Counted from the stretch's first letter, positions 7,030-16,222 are shown. The stretch: DNA of 16,538 nt from Pseudothermotoga sp. (GCA_041640575.1 JBEPZZ010000017.1:17080-33617); one strand, 5' to 3'. Notes: a model not told the origin generated them from the sequence alone. Numbers and translations are program-made.

Positions 7030-9581
7030 GGCCTGTGAACATAGAGATAGAGAATTTTATTGGTATTAGGTCTGCAAAAGTTGAATTTCGGCAAGGTGTT
7101 TTCCTGATAGTTGGTCAAAACGGGGCTGGAAAGTCTTCGTTGTTGGAAGCAATAGTTTTCGCGCTTTACGGAACTGGTATCCGTTATGGAAAACAGAGCC
7201 CAAAAAATTACGTTCGAAGCGGGAGTGACTCATGTGAAGTAAAATTCACCTTTTTGAAAAATGGAAAGAGATATCAAATCGTAAGAAGAATAAGTGAGGC
7301 AAACGGCAAATTCGTTCATCAGGCTGCGCTGCTTGAAAATGGCAAAATACTGATCACACAGCGAAGTAGCGTTGATGCTTCTATCCAGGAAATCATAGGA
7401 GCATCATATGACAGTTTTATAAGGACTTTCTTATTACCTCAGGGAATGGCAACAGAATTGTTGACCGCTAGCTGGTCAAGGATAGAGGAAGTAGTTTTTG
7501 ACACAATCTTTCCGAGAAAAGTGATCAAAACCATTCAAGATAGGATAAGTGAAAGATTTCAAGAGGTGAAGACCAAGCACGAAGTAAGACAATCGGAGTT
7601 GTTTATGATTCTGAAGCAACTGGAAGAGCTCAAAAGCAAGGCGACGTCTGAAAAAGTATTTCGACTTGAGCAAGGAATCAGAGAAATCGACGAAAGATTG
7701 TCAGCACTTGAACTGGAATATGAAACAGTTAAGAAATGTAAAGAACTATGGTCAGAACTAGAAAAGTTGGATAAGGAAATAACCGAACTTCAGAGGCGCA
7801 GAACAGAACTAGAACAACGAGTGGAAATGGAACGAAAAATTTCTTCAGCTAAACATTTAGAACCCTTATACATAAGATACAAGAACCTTTTAGATGTAAC
7901 TGAGCAAAGCATACAGCAAAAAGTTAAAATTCAAGACAAAATGAACAGGTTGGCAGCCAAGCTTGGTCAGACACTAATGCAGATTGAAGAGAAGTCAAAG
8001 CACATTGAAGAGCTGGGAAGAAAATATGAGAACTTGCGCAAAAAGTTGGATGAGCTCCGTATGATTCGACAGGCTTCGGAACCAATGGTTCAAAGATTAG
8101 TACTACTAGAGTCTGAATGCCAAAAACTAAGAGAACATTTGAATGAACTAAGCACAAGAAACCTGAGGATCATAGAACAAATCAAAGAAAGAGAAAACGA
8201 GATTAACAAAGCTAAAGAAACTCTCGATTCTGTAGTAAAAGAGATTAACTCAATGAGTAACATCGCAATTGCCAAAATGGCATCCTTGATAGCACAAACT
8301 CTTTCCGAAGGTGATCGATGCCCAGTGTGTGGTAACGAGTACAGACAACAACCAATTCTGGCTGGGGAAGTGGAACTTGGTGCTTACGAGAGCAAAATGA
8401 AACAGATCGATTCTCTGAAAAGCAAAATAATCAACCTTGAGTCGCAAGTTCAGTCTTTGAAAGTACAACAAGTTGATATCATGAGTGACATTCAAAGATT
8501 CACCAAAGAACTTGAGCAAAAGGAAAATAATTTGATATCTCTTAAAATCGAACTCGAAAGAATTGGCTACTATCCTCAGCTAGCCCAAGATATTGACAAA
8601 TTTTTGAAGGAACAAGAACCTATCTTAAATGAAAAAGCAGTTTTTGAAAGACAGTTGTCAGCATTGCTAGAGTCAAAAAAAACCTCTGAAGATGCAATAA
8701 CAGAGCTTAAGGATGAACTAAAAATGATTGAGGAAAAACTGATCTTGCTTCAAAGTCGTGTTAAAGAGAGTGAAGAATTGTGGCATGAATCGCTCAAGCA
8801 ATCTGGGTTAACTCCAGACGAATTCGAGAGATTGAGGGAAATGACAATTGAGAATGTGTCAGACGAGTTGAAAGAAATCCAGATCAGGCTGGAAGACTGC
8901 AGGCACAAAAGAGAAATGTTGATAAATCAGCTAACCTTGGGTAAGGAAGAATCTTCCGAGAAAACCATAGAATTAAGTGAAAAAATAAAGCAACTGCGCA
9001 AACAGAGAGATTCAATGATTAACCAGAGAGCTATCATTCAACACATGCTAAACCAGATTGAAGAGCTTGAACAGAACAAAGCCAGAACTGAGGCAGAGTT
9101 CCAGGAAATTCACGAAAAATACGAGGTCTACAGTTTAGTGAAATCCACTTTTGAGGCGAGGGAATTCCAGGCCTATATTGCAAAAATTGCCTTGGAACAT
9201 ATACTTGTTCTTGCCAATCAACATTTGAGCTTAATCACAGAAGGAAGATTTCAACTTAGCGTAGGTTCGGATGGCTTTGTTATACATGATTTTGGCCTAA
9301 AACGTGATGCTGATGGTTTGTCAGGCGGTGAGAAAACTATAGTCTCATTAGCTCTTGCCATAGCGATAGCTGAAACAACAATAGGAGAAATGGAAGCGTT
9401 TTTTGTTGATGAAGGCTTTTCAGCTTTAGATTCAGAAAATAAATCAAAAATGGCGTCTGTTCTGAAGGCAATGGAAAGGCTAAACAAAGTTATAGGTTTT
9501 GTAACACATGATCCTGAGTTTGCTGAATACTTTTCGTCAAAACTTGTTGTTGAAAAGGGTGGTGTCGTTAGATGGATGTAG
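7026..9581 (+). CDS. sbcC: SbcC / Rad50 SMC-family ATPase
   Basis: Walker A GQNGAGKSS, Q-loop LPQG, long coiled coils with a central Zn hook CPVCG, signature LSGGE, Walker B/D-loop FFVDEGFSALD, H-loop VTHD. TTG start with GAGGTG RBS. Confidence 0.93.
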   Translation: MRPVNIEIENFIGIRSAKVEFRQGVFLIVGQNGAGKSSLLEAIVFALYGTGIRYGKQSPKNYVRSGSDSCEVKFTFLKNGKRYQIVRRISEANGKFVHQAALLENGKILITQRSSVDASIQEIIGASYDSFIRTFLLPQGMATELLTASWSRIEEVVFDTIFPRKVIKTIQDRISERFQEVKTKHEVRQSELFMILKQLEELKSKATSEKVFRLEQGIREIDERLSALELEYETVKKCKELWSELEKLDKEITELQRRRTELEQRVEMERKISSAKHLEPLYIRYKNLLDVTEQSIQQKVKIQDKMNRLAAKLGQTLMQIEEKSKHIEELGRKYENLRKKLDELRMIRQASEPMVQRLVLLESECQKLREHLNELSTRNLRIIEQIKERENEINKAKETLDSVVKEINSMSNIAIAKMASLIAQTLSEGDRCPVCGNEYRQQPILAGEVELGAYESKMKQIDSLKSKIINLESQVQSLKVQQVDIMSDIQRFTKELEQKENNLISLKIELERIGYYPQLAQDIDKFLKEQEPILNEKAVFERQLSALLESKKTSEDAITELKDELKMIEEKLILLQSRVKESEELWHESLKQSGLTPDEFERLREMTIENVSDELKEIQIRLEDCRHKREMLINQLTLGKEESSEKTIELSEKIKQLRKQRDSMINQRAIIQHMLNQIEELEQNKARTEAEFQEIHEKYEVYSLVKSTFEAREFQAYIAKIALEHILVLANQHLSLITEGRFQLSVGSDGFVIHDFGLKRDADGLSGGEKTIVSLALAIAIAETTIGEMEAFFVDEGFSALDSENKSKMASVLKAMERLNKVIGFVTHDPEFAEYFSSKLVVEKGGVVRWM

Positions 9582-10204
9582 AAAAATACAGGACCCTCAT
9601 AGACAGAATTGTAACTGAGAAAGGTGTCGACGCTATACCAGCGTTACTGAATCTTTTGAGTGATGAGAGTGAAGAAGTAAAAGATATAGTTGTTGAAGCG
9701 ATATACCGATTCGGCGATAGCGCAAGGCCAGTTTTGGTTGAGTGCTTCAGGGAAAGACTTCATCAAGATGAAAAAAATGATGTTGTAACACTCTATTTGG
9801 TTGATATACTTTCAGATTTAAATGAGCACAGCATTAAAAAAGATCTTTACAATTTGCTCAAAAGATACAACGATGAAAGAGCGCACCTTATTATCTACGA
9901 AGCCCTAGCAAAACTTGGAGATGGTGACAAAGTGATAGATATTGTTGAATACTTCCTGATTGAAGATGAGTATCGTTTAGAGCTAGCTGAGCAAGCTATA
10001 ATGGTTCTCGCAAACATACCAAACAAAAGGGCGCTTAACTGTCTTGTGAAAGCCTTCAGGATGGAGGAATTCCCATCTGCGATAAAGCAAGATATAGTAA
10101 ATGCGTTATCAATAATTCTCATAAAGAATCCACAGCTTTGGGATGAGTTAATGCGCGTAGGAGACAACAAGTTAGTTGAAGAGATTAAAAAAATGCTTGG
10201 TTGA
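9572..10204 (+). CDS. HEAT-repeat (alpha-solenoid) protein
   Basis: Repeated helical units such as AIPALLNLLSDESEEVKDIVVEAIYRFG, IYEALAKLGD and AIMVLANIPNKRALNCLVKAF. ATG overlaps the end of sbcC by 10 nt. Confidence 0.75.
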   Translation: MDVEKYRTLIDRIVTEKGVDAIPALLNLLSDESEEVKDIVVEAIYRFGDSARPVLVECFRERLHQDEKNDVVTLYLVDILSDLNEHSIKKDLYNLLKRYNDERAHLIIYEALAKLGDGDKVIDIVEYFLIEDEYRLELAEQAIMVLANIPNKRALNCLVKAFRMEEFPSAIKQDIVNALSIILIKNPQLWDELMRVGDNKLVEEIKKMLG

Positions 10205-10210
10205 TTTGTA

Positions 10211-11052
10211 CTAACCCTTTATTGCTCCTTGAGTCAACCCTCTTTTGACGTATTTCTGTACCAATCCAAAGATAACTATATTGGGAATTACAGCTAGAGT
10301 GATACCTGCTGCCATAACATTCCATTGTATGCCAGTTTTGGATACGAATGAATAAAGTGCTACAGGCACTGGTCATTTTATGGTCACTGTGGATAAAAAG
10401 AACAGGGGTGAAAACTTCATTCCAGCTATTGACAAAGCAAAACGCGAAGATTGCACTGACACCTGGTAGTAGGACAGGTATAACAACCCTGAAAAGTGCG
10501 CCAATTTTTGTAAAACCATCAAGCCAGGCGGCTTCCTCGAGATCCGTTGGTATCGAGTTGAAAAAAGTCCGAGCCATTATAGTCCCAAAAGCGGCCCCAT
10601 ACCCGCTGTACACCAACAAAACCCTCGTTAAAGTATTTGTGAGCCTTAGCTTCGAAAGCATTGTGAATAATGGAATCACCAAGACGTAGAAAGGTATCAT
10701 TTGAACGAAAAATAAGATAATCATCCTCAAACGTTTGTCTTTAAAGGTAAATCTAGAAAGTACATAGCCACTCAACAAGGACGTTGTTGTTGCTACTGGG
10801 GCCGAAAGCAATGAAACAAGCAAACTATTTTTGAAGTAGATTTGAAATTTAGCAAAGCTAAAAAGGTATCTATAATCGTCAAGCAAAATTTTGGATGGTA
10901 TATATTTCACAAGGGAAAGTATAAACTTCAGTTGCCTCTTTGATCAATATGGAAACTATTCAAAAAAGCGAGAAAACTGCAAAGATAAAGTAGAAACTCA
11001 AACCGATCATTCTAAGTATTTGAACTATCGTCATTTTATGTTTTTTCAGCAT
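10211..11052 (-). pseudogene. Carbohydrate ABC transporter permease (MalG/UgpE type), disrupted
   Basis: Reconstruction: ATG 11052 MLKKHK...AVFSLF*IVSILIK (in-frame TGA at 10962-10960). A +1 frameshift near 10911 (TFP/VKYIPSK). EAA loop FFNSIPTDLEEAAWLDG. A second +1 frameshift near 10370 (KMT/VPVALYSFVSKTGIQWNVMAAG...VQKYVKRGLTQGAIKG*), ending at TAG 10213-10211. 842 nt minus 2 inserted bases gives 279 aa, a normal length. The ORF-track entry 10185..10910 is only the middle fragment plus an out-of-frame tail. Confidence 0.9.
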
Positions 11053-11447
11053 CATTCACCCCTACCAAAAGGAATCAGATAGAACAGTGTGAACGCAAGA
11101 AGTATCAAAGTTATAATCACACCGAGTGCAGCAGCTCTCCCAAAATTATTCTGATAATACACTATATTAAGCATGTAGACTGAGAGCGTTGTTGTGACTC
11201 CCGCAGGACCACCGCATATCATCCCATATATAACGTCTGGAAAATTCATAACCCAAATTATCCTGAGTAAAACAGTGCTTACTATGGTCGGTTTCAAAGA
11301 AGGCATCTTTATCCCTCAGAACTCCGACCACAATCCAGCGCCGTCAATCGCTGCCGCTTCGTACAGTTCCTTCGGAATCGATTGTAATGAAGCTAAGAGC
11401 ATTATTGCAAAGAAGGGTATTCCATACCAAATGTTGAACAAAACAAA
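11052..11447 (-). pseudogene. Carbohydrate ABC transporter permease (MalF/UgpA type), 5'-truncated with internal stop
   Basis: Frame reads FVLFNIWYGIPFFAIMLLASLQSIPKELYEAAAIDGAGLWSEF*GIKMPSLKP...GGPAGVTTTLSVYM...NFGRAAALG...GRGE*. EAA motif intact, TGA at 11318-11316, and another TGA at 11450-11448 upstream. The N-terminal half is absent because the amidase stop is at 11456. Confidence 0.88.
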
Positions 11448-11455
11448 TCAGAAAA

Positions 11456-12799
11456 TCAAAGTTTGTCAACCATGTTGAAATTTTCTACTTGTTCTCCCAC
11501 AAGAAAAAGTAGATCCTCTTTAAAGTAATCCGTCACTAGCTGAACAGCAGCTGGTAAACCATCGACAAATCCTGCAGGTACAGTTAAAGCTGGTAATCCA
11601 GAAAGATTGAAAGGAGCAGTGAAACGCGTCAGCCTTCTTGCCAGTGCAACAGCATTTTCTCCTTCAATTGGAGGTGCAACGATGGGAGTTGTTGGAAGAA
11701 GAATCAAATCGTAATCCCTGAAAAATTCCTTGAAAATGCTCTTTGCAATAGTCTGCTGCCTTCTCGCAAGTGCGTAATCAATGCCGCTTGTATTAAGACC
11801 CTGTAAGAGTCTTTCCCTGACATCGTCACCAAACAATTCTGGATTGTTCAAAAGTCTTTCTCTGTGAAAAGCAGCTGCTTCAACTTGTGTCATCAAACCA
11901 TTAGCGGCGGCCAGGTCTTTTAACCAGTTCATTTCCTTTTCTTCAACCTTCATCCCAATTTTTTGGAGCGATTTAGCAACATCGTTTACGACAGCCAGAA
12001 TCTTCTCGTCGGTTTTTTCAACATATTCTCCAACAACTCTTGCAACTTTCAATCCAGTAAGACTCTTTCTAACAAGCCTCGATACACCATCTACGCTGAA
12101 AGGATCATTTTTGTTTCTCTTAGAAACAACTTTAAACATCAAACGTGCATCTTTAACGTTCCTTGTAATAGGTCCAACATGATCTAAATGCCATGCCAAA
12201 GGGATTATTCCGCTGGTGCTTATTACCCCGTAAGTTGGTTTTAGACCAACAGTTCCACAAAGTGCCGCTGGTATTCTTATTGAACCGCCCGTGTCAGTTC
12301 CCAATGCTGCCAAAGCCATTTGGGTTGCTACTGCCACGGCTGACCCACCAGATGAGCCTCCCGAAATTCGCGATTTATCGTATGGATTTTTGCATGCGCC
12401 AAAATGAGGATTGTTATTTGTAACTCCAAGTGCAACTTCGTGAAGGTTTGTTTTGCCAATGATTATTGCGCCAGCTTTCTTAAGAAGTTTTATCACAAAG
12501 GCGTCCTGCTTTGCAACGCTGTCCTTGAAAAATAGGCTTCCGGCGGTTGTTTTTACGTTCTCAACATCGATCAAATCCTTCACAGCAATTGGTATGCCAA
12601 ACAGTGGCTGTCTTTCGAAATTCACTTTCTTAAGGGCATTTTCCTTTTCTCTCGCATCTTCAAGAGCTTGTTCTTCCATGCAGGTTATGAAAGCATTAAA
12701 ATCGTTATTTTTCCGTATATTCTCTAAGCACAAACTTGTTAATTCCACTATTCCTAGCTTGCGGCTTTTGATCTTTTCAATTGCTTCTATTATCGTCAT
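11456..12799 (-). CDS. Amidase-signature family amidase (GatA-like fold, probably not GatA)
   Basis: Catalytic Lys in IAVKD, GKTNLHE, GGSSGGSA, GTDTGGSIRIPAA..G.KPT, PFNLSGLPA. Lacks the GatA SNLARYDG-type segment and has no gatB/gatC neighbours. Likely start is ATG 12799 after GAGTGA. Confidence 0.88.
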   Translation of the reverse strand: MTIIEAIEKIKSRKLGIVELTSLCLENIRKNNDFNAFITCMEEQALEDAREKENALKKVNFERQPLFGIPIAVKDLIDVENVKTTAGSLFFKDSVAKQDAFVIKLLKKAGAIIIGKTNLHEVALGVTNNNPHFGACKNPYDKSRISGGSSGGSAVAVATQMALAALGTDTGGSIRIPAALCGTVGLKPTYGVISTSGIIPLAWHLDHVGPITRNVKDARLMFKVVSKRNKNDPFSVDGVSRLVRKSLTGLKVARVVGEYVEKTDEKILAVVNDVAKSLQKIGMKVEEKEMNWLKDLAAANGLMTQVEAAAFHRERLLNNPELFGDDVRERLLQGLNTSGIDYALARRQQTIAKSIFKEFFRDYDLILLPTTPIVAPPIEGENAVALARRLTRFTAPFNLSGLPALTVPAGFVDGLPAAVQLVTDYFKEDLLFLVGEQVENFNMVDKL

Positions 12800-13838
12800 G
12801 ATTATCACTCGCAATCGAAATTATAGAAGCATTCTGTATGAATTTCCCACGAAACTTCTCTTCATGTAATAAAAGATGGCTGTCCAAGTCATGAAACTCA
12901 AATGCACCCGTTCCGAGTGCAAAATGAACGCTTTGATTTATTCCTAAGCTTGACTCGGACATGCAACCAATCATAAGTTTTAAATTCGCTGCTTTCGCAA
13001 GTTCAACTATAGCTAGCGCGTCATTTATGCCTGATTTCATCAGCTTTATATTAACGTAGTCAATTGCCTCATTTTTAACAAGTCTAAGCGCATCAAATCT
13101 AGTCTTGACAGCTTCATCTGCTGCAACAGGAAATGGAACGTTAAATCTGACGTACCGCAAACCTTTAATATCAGCCCAGAAAACCGGCTGCTCATAAACA
13201 TCAATGTCAATACCCGATCTATATAACTGTTTTGCAAATTCGACTGCTTGTTTTGGAGTATAACCCATGTTTGCATCAATGATGTACCTTGCCCCCTTAG
13301 TAACTTTTGCGATCTCCTGTACCGCCTGGATATCCTTGGAAAGATTTTCGCCAACTTTTATTTTAATCACCCTAAATCCTTCTTTATAAATTTGCTCCGC
13401 GTCATTCACCATATTCTCGATTTCATCTATCCCCACAGTTTTGTCTGTTTCAATCTGCTCCTTTGCCCCTCCTAATAGGTGGCTAACACTCGTATTAAAA
13501 AGTTGAGAAAGACTGTCAAGTATGGCAAACTGAATCGCTGCTTTCAAACTTGGAAGCGCAAACAATCGATCTGTAGCATCGAAAACTTGACGATATCTTC
13601 GCACATCGGATCCAATGAGGATATCTTTGACATAACTATGCATCGCCATTAGTGTTTCAGCCTTTTCTCCATTAACTCTGAATGAAGGTGACGCTTCTCC
13701 ATACCCGACGATTCCATTGTCAAGTTCTATTTCAACTTCAACATTAGTAGCAACAGTTGCTATGCTACCTGTTATATGAAAAGGTTTGCGATAGCAGTAG
13801 TTCCTTTGTATAAATCTGACATCCACAATTTTTGCCAT
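12777..13838 (-). CDS. Dipeptide epimerase (enolase superfamily, L-Ala-D/L-Glu epimerase family)
   Basis: KIKVG catalytic Lys, metal ligands DAN, EQP and ADE, second Lys in NIKLMK, GCMSE and DLD motif. Start ATG 13838 (MAKIVDV) with GAGGTG RBS at 13845-13850. From memory it closely resembles T. maritima TM0006. Confidence 0.92.
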   Translation of the reverse strand: MAKIVDVRFIQRNYCYRKPFHITGSIATVATNVEVEIELDNGIVGYGEASPSFRVNGEKAETLMAMHSYVKDILIGSDVRRYRQVFDATDRLFALPSLKAAIQFAILDSLSQLFNTSVSHLLGGAKEQIETDKTVGIDEIENMVNDAEQIYKEGFRVIKIKVGENLSKDIQAVQEIAKVTKGARYIIDANMGYTPKQAVEFAKQLYRSGIDIDVYEQPVFWADIKGLRYVRFNVPFPVAADEAVKTRFDALRLVKNEAIDYVNIKLMKSGINDALAIVELAKAANLKLMIGCMSESSLGINQSVHFALGTGAFEFHDLDSHLLLHEEKFRGKFIQNASIISIASDNHDDNRSN

Positions 13839-13848
13839 ATACAACACC

Positions 13849-15174
13849 TCACAATTCTGTGAAAGAAAGTATTTGAAGCTCGGATTCGTACTCAGGCTTT
13901 CCTTCCTCGTTTTCCACCTCGCCAACTTGGTTATCTGTTGGATCATCCCTGTAATACTTTGTTGGAGGCGTGAAATCTTTCATGAAATCATCATTCGCAA
14001 CCATTCTAAATCCATCCAAATTAGCGAAGTAAAAATTCCTCAAATCCTCATTGTCTCTTCTTGCTCCACCAAAAGATGGATCTACTGGAAGCCAACCATA
14101 TGGTTCTACATGAAATAAGGCCCAATCGTGGCAAGAAGCAAAGATCGGATTTGCATACCAGCCCGATTGCCATCTTGCTGGAATACCCACTATTCTGCAG
14201 AGAGTTATGAACAGAAGGGCTTGAAAACCACAATCACCCTTCAGATTCTCAGCAACATACTGAGAAATGTTCTCGTACACAGCGTAAGGTTTCACATAAG
14301 AATATCTAACATTTTTTGTAATCCAGTCATAAATAAGTTTCGCTTTCACAAGTGGGTTTTTCTCTCCCTGGATAATTTGTTGTGCAAGATATCTGAGATA
14401 AGGAGTGAAAACTATATGAGGTGGTTCCTCCTTCAAGAATTTTTGTAAATGAGGGGCTACTGTATCACTTGCTTTGTTCATATCAATCTCGTTAATCCAT
14501 TCTTTTATCCGATACTCAAATTCAACCCAGTATTCATTTTCAATACCCTCAAAATAAATTGTTCGCTGTGGAACAGCATTTTCGGCAACGAAGTATTCAT
14601 TTTTACTCGCTGATATCAATTTTACATCCAAGGTTTGAAAACCACACTTTGGAAAAGGAAGCCAAACTCTTAAATGATGGCTCCCCTCTTGCTTTACTTT
14701 GAGTTTTACGCTAGCCCTGATTTTGTATGTCTTTGGGTCATCTCCTTTCAGTAGTTTCCTTATGCGCTCATTTAGGATATTTTTTGCTTTGACTGTCTTT
14801 TCATCCTGTTTTAGTCTCTGCTTATATTCATCGCTGCTGAATCCAAGGTTCTGAACAAATCTTTTCTCGAACCGCTTTTCACCCTGTACGATGATATAAT
14901 CCAGTTTGCCCTGAGCTGCCAATTTCAGAAATTCCTCATGCGAAAAGCCTTCCATCAAATCAGCTGCAATTCGAAATGCTTCCTCTTCAGTATACGGATA
15001 TGACTTTAAAAGCCTTGAAATTCTCTCTTTCTCGTACTCCAGCCTTAATTTTTGAAGATTACCTATTCTTTCGTCCAGCAACCATTCGTCAATCAATTTT
15101 CGTGCAAGGAGAAAATCACCCGATGATACCGCATGAGTCACGTTTTCTGGCAATCCACATACTAAAAAATGCAT
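13849..15174 (-). CDS. Transglutaminase-like cysteine protease family protein
   Basis: Core KAKLIYDWI...GDCGFQALLFITLCRIVGIPAR...CHDWA...GWLPVDP with a Cys-His-Asp triad, plus RVWLPFP. No signal peptide. GAGGTGA RBS. Confidence 0.88.
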   Translation of the reverse strand: MHFLVCGLPENVTHAVSSGDFLLARKLIDEWLLDERIGNLQKLRLEYEKERISRLLKSYPYTEEEAFRIAADLMEGFSHEEFLKLAAQGKLDYIIVQGEKRFEKRFVQNLGFSSDEYKQRLKQDEKTVKAKNILNERIRKLLKGDDPKTYKIRASVKLKVKQEGSHHLRVWLPFPKCGFQTLDVKLISASKNEYFVAENAVPQRTIYFEGIENEYWVEFEYRIKEWINEIDMNKASDTVAPHLQKFLKEEPPHIVFTPYLRYLAQQIIQGEKNPLVKAKLIYDWITKNVRYSYVKPYAVYENISQYVAENLKGDCGFQALLFITLCRIVGIPARWQSGWYANPIFASCHDWALFHVEPYGWLPVDPSFGGARRDNEDLRNFYFANLDGFRMVANDDFMKDFTPPTKYYRDDPTDNQVGEVENEEGKPEYESELQILSFTEL

Positions 15175-15198
15175 TCTCTCACCTCAAGTACTATTCTA

Positions 15199-16053
15199 TC
15201 AACTTTGTCTGAGGTTCTCTCTAAGAATCTGGATACTGCTTGGAATATCTTCTGAAAACCTGTTGAAGTCATTTATCTCCAGTATGACGTAACCATCAAA
15301 TTTGTCGTTGACCAAGCGAAAAACTTCTGACCATGGAATGGCCCCCATTCTCAATGGAAGGTGAAGATCTCCCACGCCAAAAAGATATGCAAAGTAGTTT
15401 TTGTTAGCTATATCTTTCTCAAAGGACACACTTGGTTTGCCAAAATTATCGTGGATATGAAGCTCCACAGATTCACTTAACCCAAGCGAGAGTTGGCTCA
15501 AGAACAACCTTTCATTTCCTTTGCAATACAAAAAAAGGTGTCCTACATCTAAAACGAGCCCGACATTTTCAAAATCCACTCTCTTAAGCAATTCTAGGAT
15601 CCATTCAATATTGTGATCAAGGTTTTCAATACCAAGAAAAATGTTGTCCTTACCCAATTCTTTAGCCAAAATTTTTAGTTGCTCACTTTCTCTTTCTACG
15701 GAGCCAAAGTTTAGATTTGATCCGCAATGATACACAACAACTTTTGCCTTTATTGCCTTGGCAAAGTTAACCACCGTCAAAGCAATACTCAAGTCTTCTG
15801 ATCTCTCCAAAGCAAGATTCAGTGGATCTGGCATGTGAATTGTATAATATAGATCAAATCCTCTAAGAATTTCAAAAACCTTCCCGGACTTTTGGAAATC
15901 TGCTGTTCCATTGAAAATAAAACTCAAACCAGCGGGAGGTATCTCAGCCAGGGTGATGCCAATCGATTGTATGAAAGATAACTCCTCCTTCAATTTTTTC
16001 AGCGAACCTGAAAGCCTTACAGTATCAACGTTCAGTCCAATGTTTCTAATCAC
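15199..16053 (-). CDS. Sugar phosphate isomerase/epimerase family TIM-barrel protein (AP endonuclease 2 / xylose isomerase-like)
   Basis: Metal-binding pattern TIHMP, VVYHCG, GIENL, LDVGH, LHIHDNFG, GDLHLP, VILE. GTG 16053 lies 7 nt after the GGAGGT RBS (16066-16061), so it is preferred over the ORF-track start at 16131. Confidence 0.82.
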   Translation of the reverse strand: MIRNIGLNVDTVRLSGSLKKLKEELSFIQSIGITLAEIPPAGLSFIFNGTADFQKSGKVFEILRGFDLYYTIHMPDPLNLALERSEDLSIALTVVNFAKAIKAKVVVYHCGSNLNFGSVERESEQLKILAKELGKDNIFLGIENLDHNIEWILELLKRVDFENVGLVLDVGHLFLYCKGNERLFLSQLSLGLSESVELHIHDNFGKPSVSFEKDIANKNYFAYLFGVGDLHLPLRMGAIPWSEVFRLVNDKFDGYVILEINDFNRFSEDIPSSIQILRENLRQS

Positions 16054-16222
16054 TTCCAATACCTCCAAAACTAGTTTATAACATAAAATCCAAAAAGCTT
16101 TAATCTTTAGAATACGCTTCGAAAACCCCATATCATAAATGATACTTGGTCGAATAAATATCGATTTTTCGATAGTTATGGCGTTTCAATGTTAATACCT
16201 TTCGATTTAAAATTTCGAAATG

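Noticed and set aside
7560..9120. Repetitive-looking GAA/AAA-rich sequence in sbcC
   Set aside because: It reflects Glu/Lys/Leu-rich coiled-coil coding. No exact tandem repeats or CRISPR-like repeat-spacer periodicity were seen.
5929..10204. SMC ATPase plus nuclease as an anti-plasmid or anti-phage system (Wadjet, Lamassu)
   Set aside because: The Zn-hook Rad50 architecture with an Mre11-type phosphoesterase in a housekeeping operon is ordinary SbcCD. There is no kleisin, JetD or Lamassu effector.
10895..10912. Rex-like half-site TTCACAA (ATGGTATATATTTCACAA)
   Set aside because: Only one arm matches TTGTGAA-N4-TTCACAA, and it lies inside a pseudogene coding region. No convincing Rex box was found upstream of nfnA either.
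10360..10915. Programmed frameshifting to restore the MalG-type permease
   Set aside because: No slippery heptamer at either site, two shifts plus a stop would all need bypassing, and the partner permease is truncated.
10960..11318. Both in-frame stops in the permeases are TGA at positions where Trp is plausible, suggesting TGA recoding (Trp or Sec)
   Set aside because: TGA is the normal stop for nfnA, panB, sbcD, the amidase and others here, TGG encodes Trp throughout, and the same region carries frameshifts and a truncation. Simple TGG-to-TGA decay explains it.
11456..12799. Calling the amidase gatA
   Set aside because: No gatC or gatB adjacent, and the GatA-specific SNLARYDG-type segment is missing.
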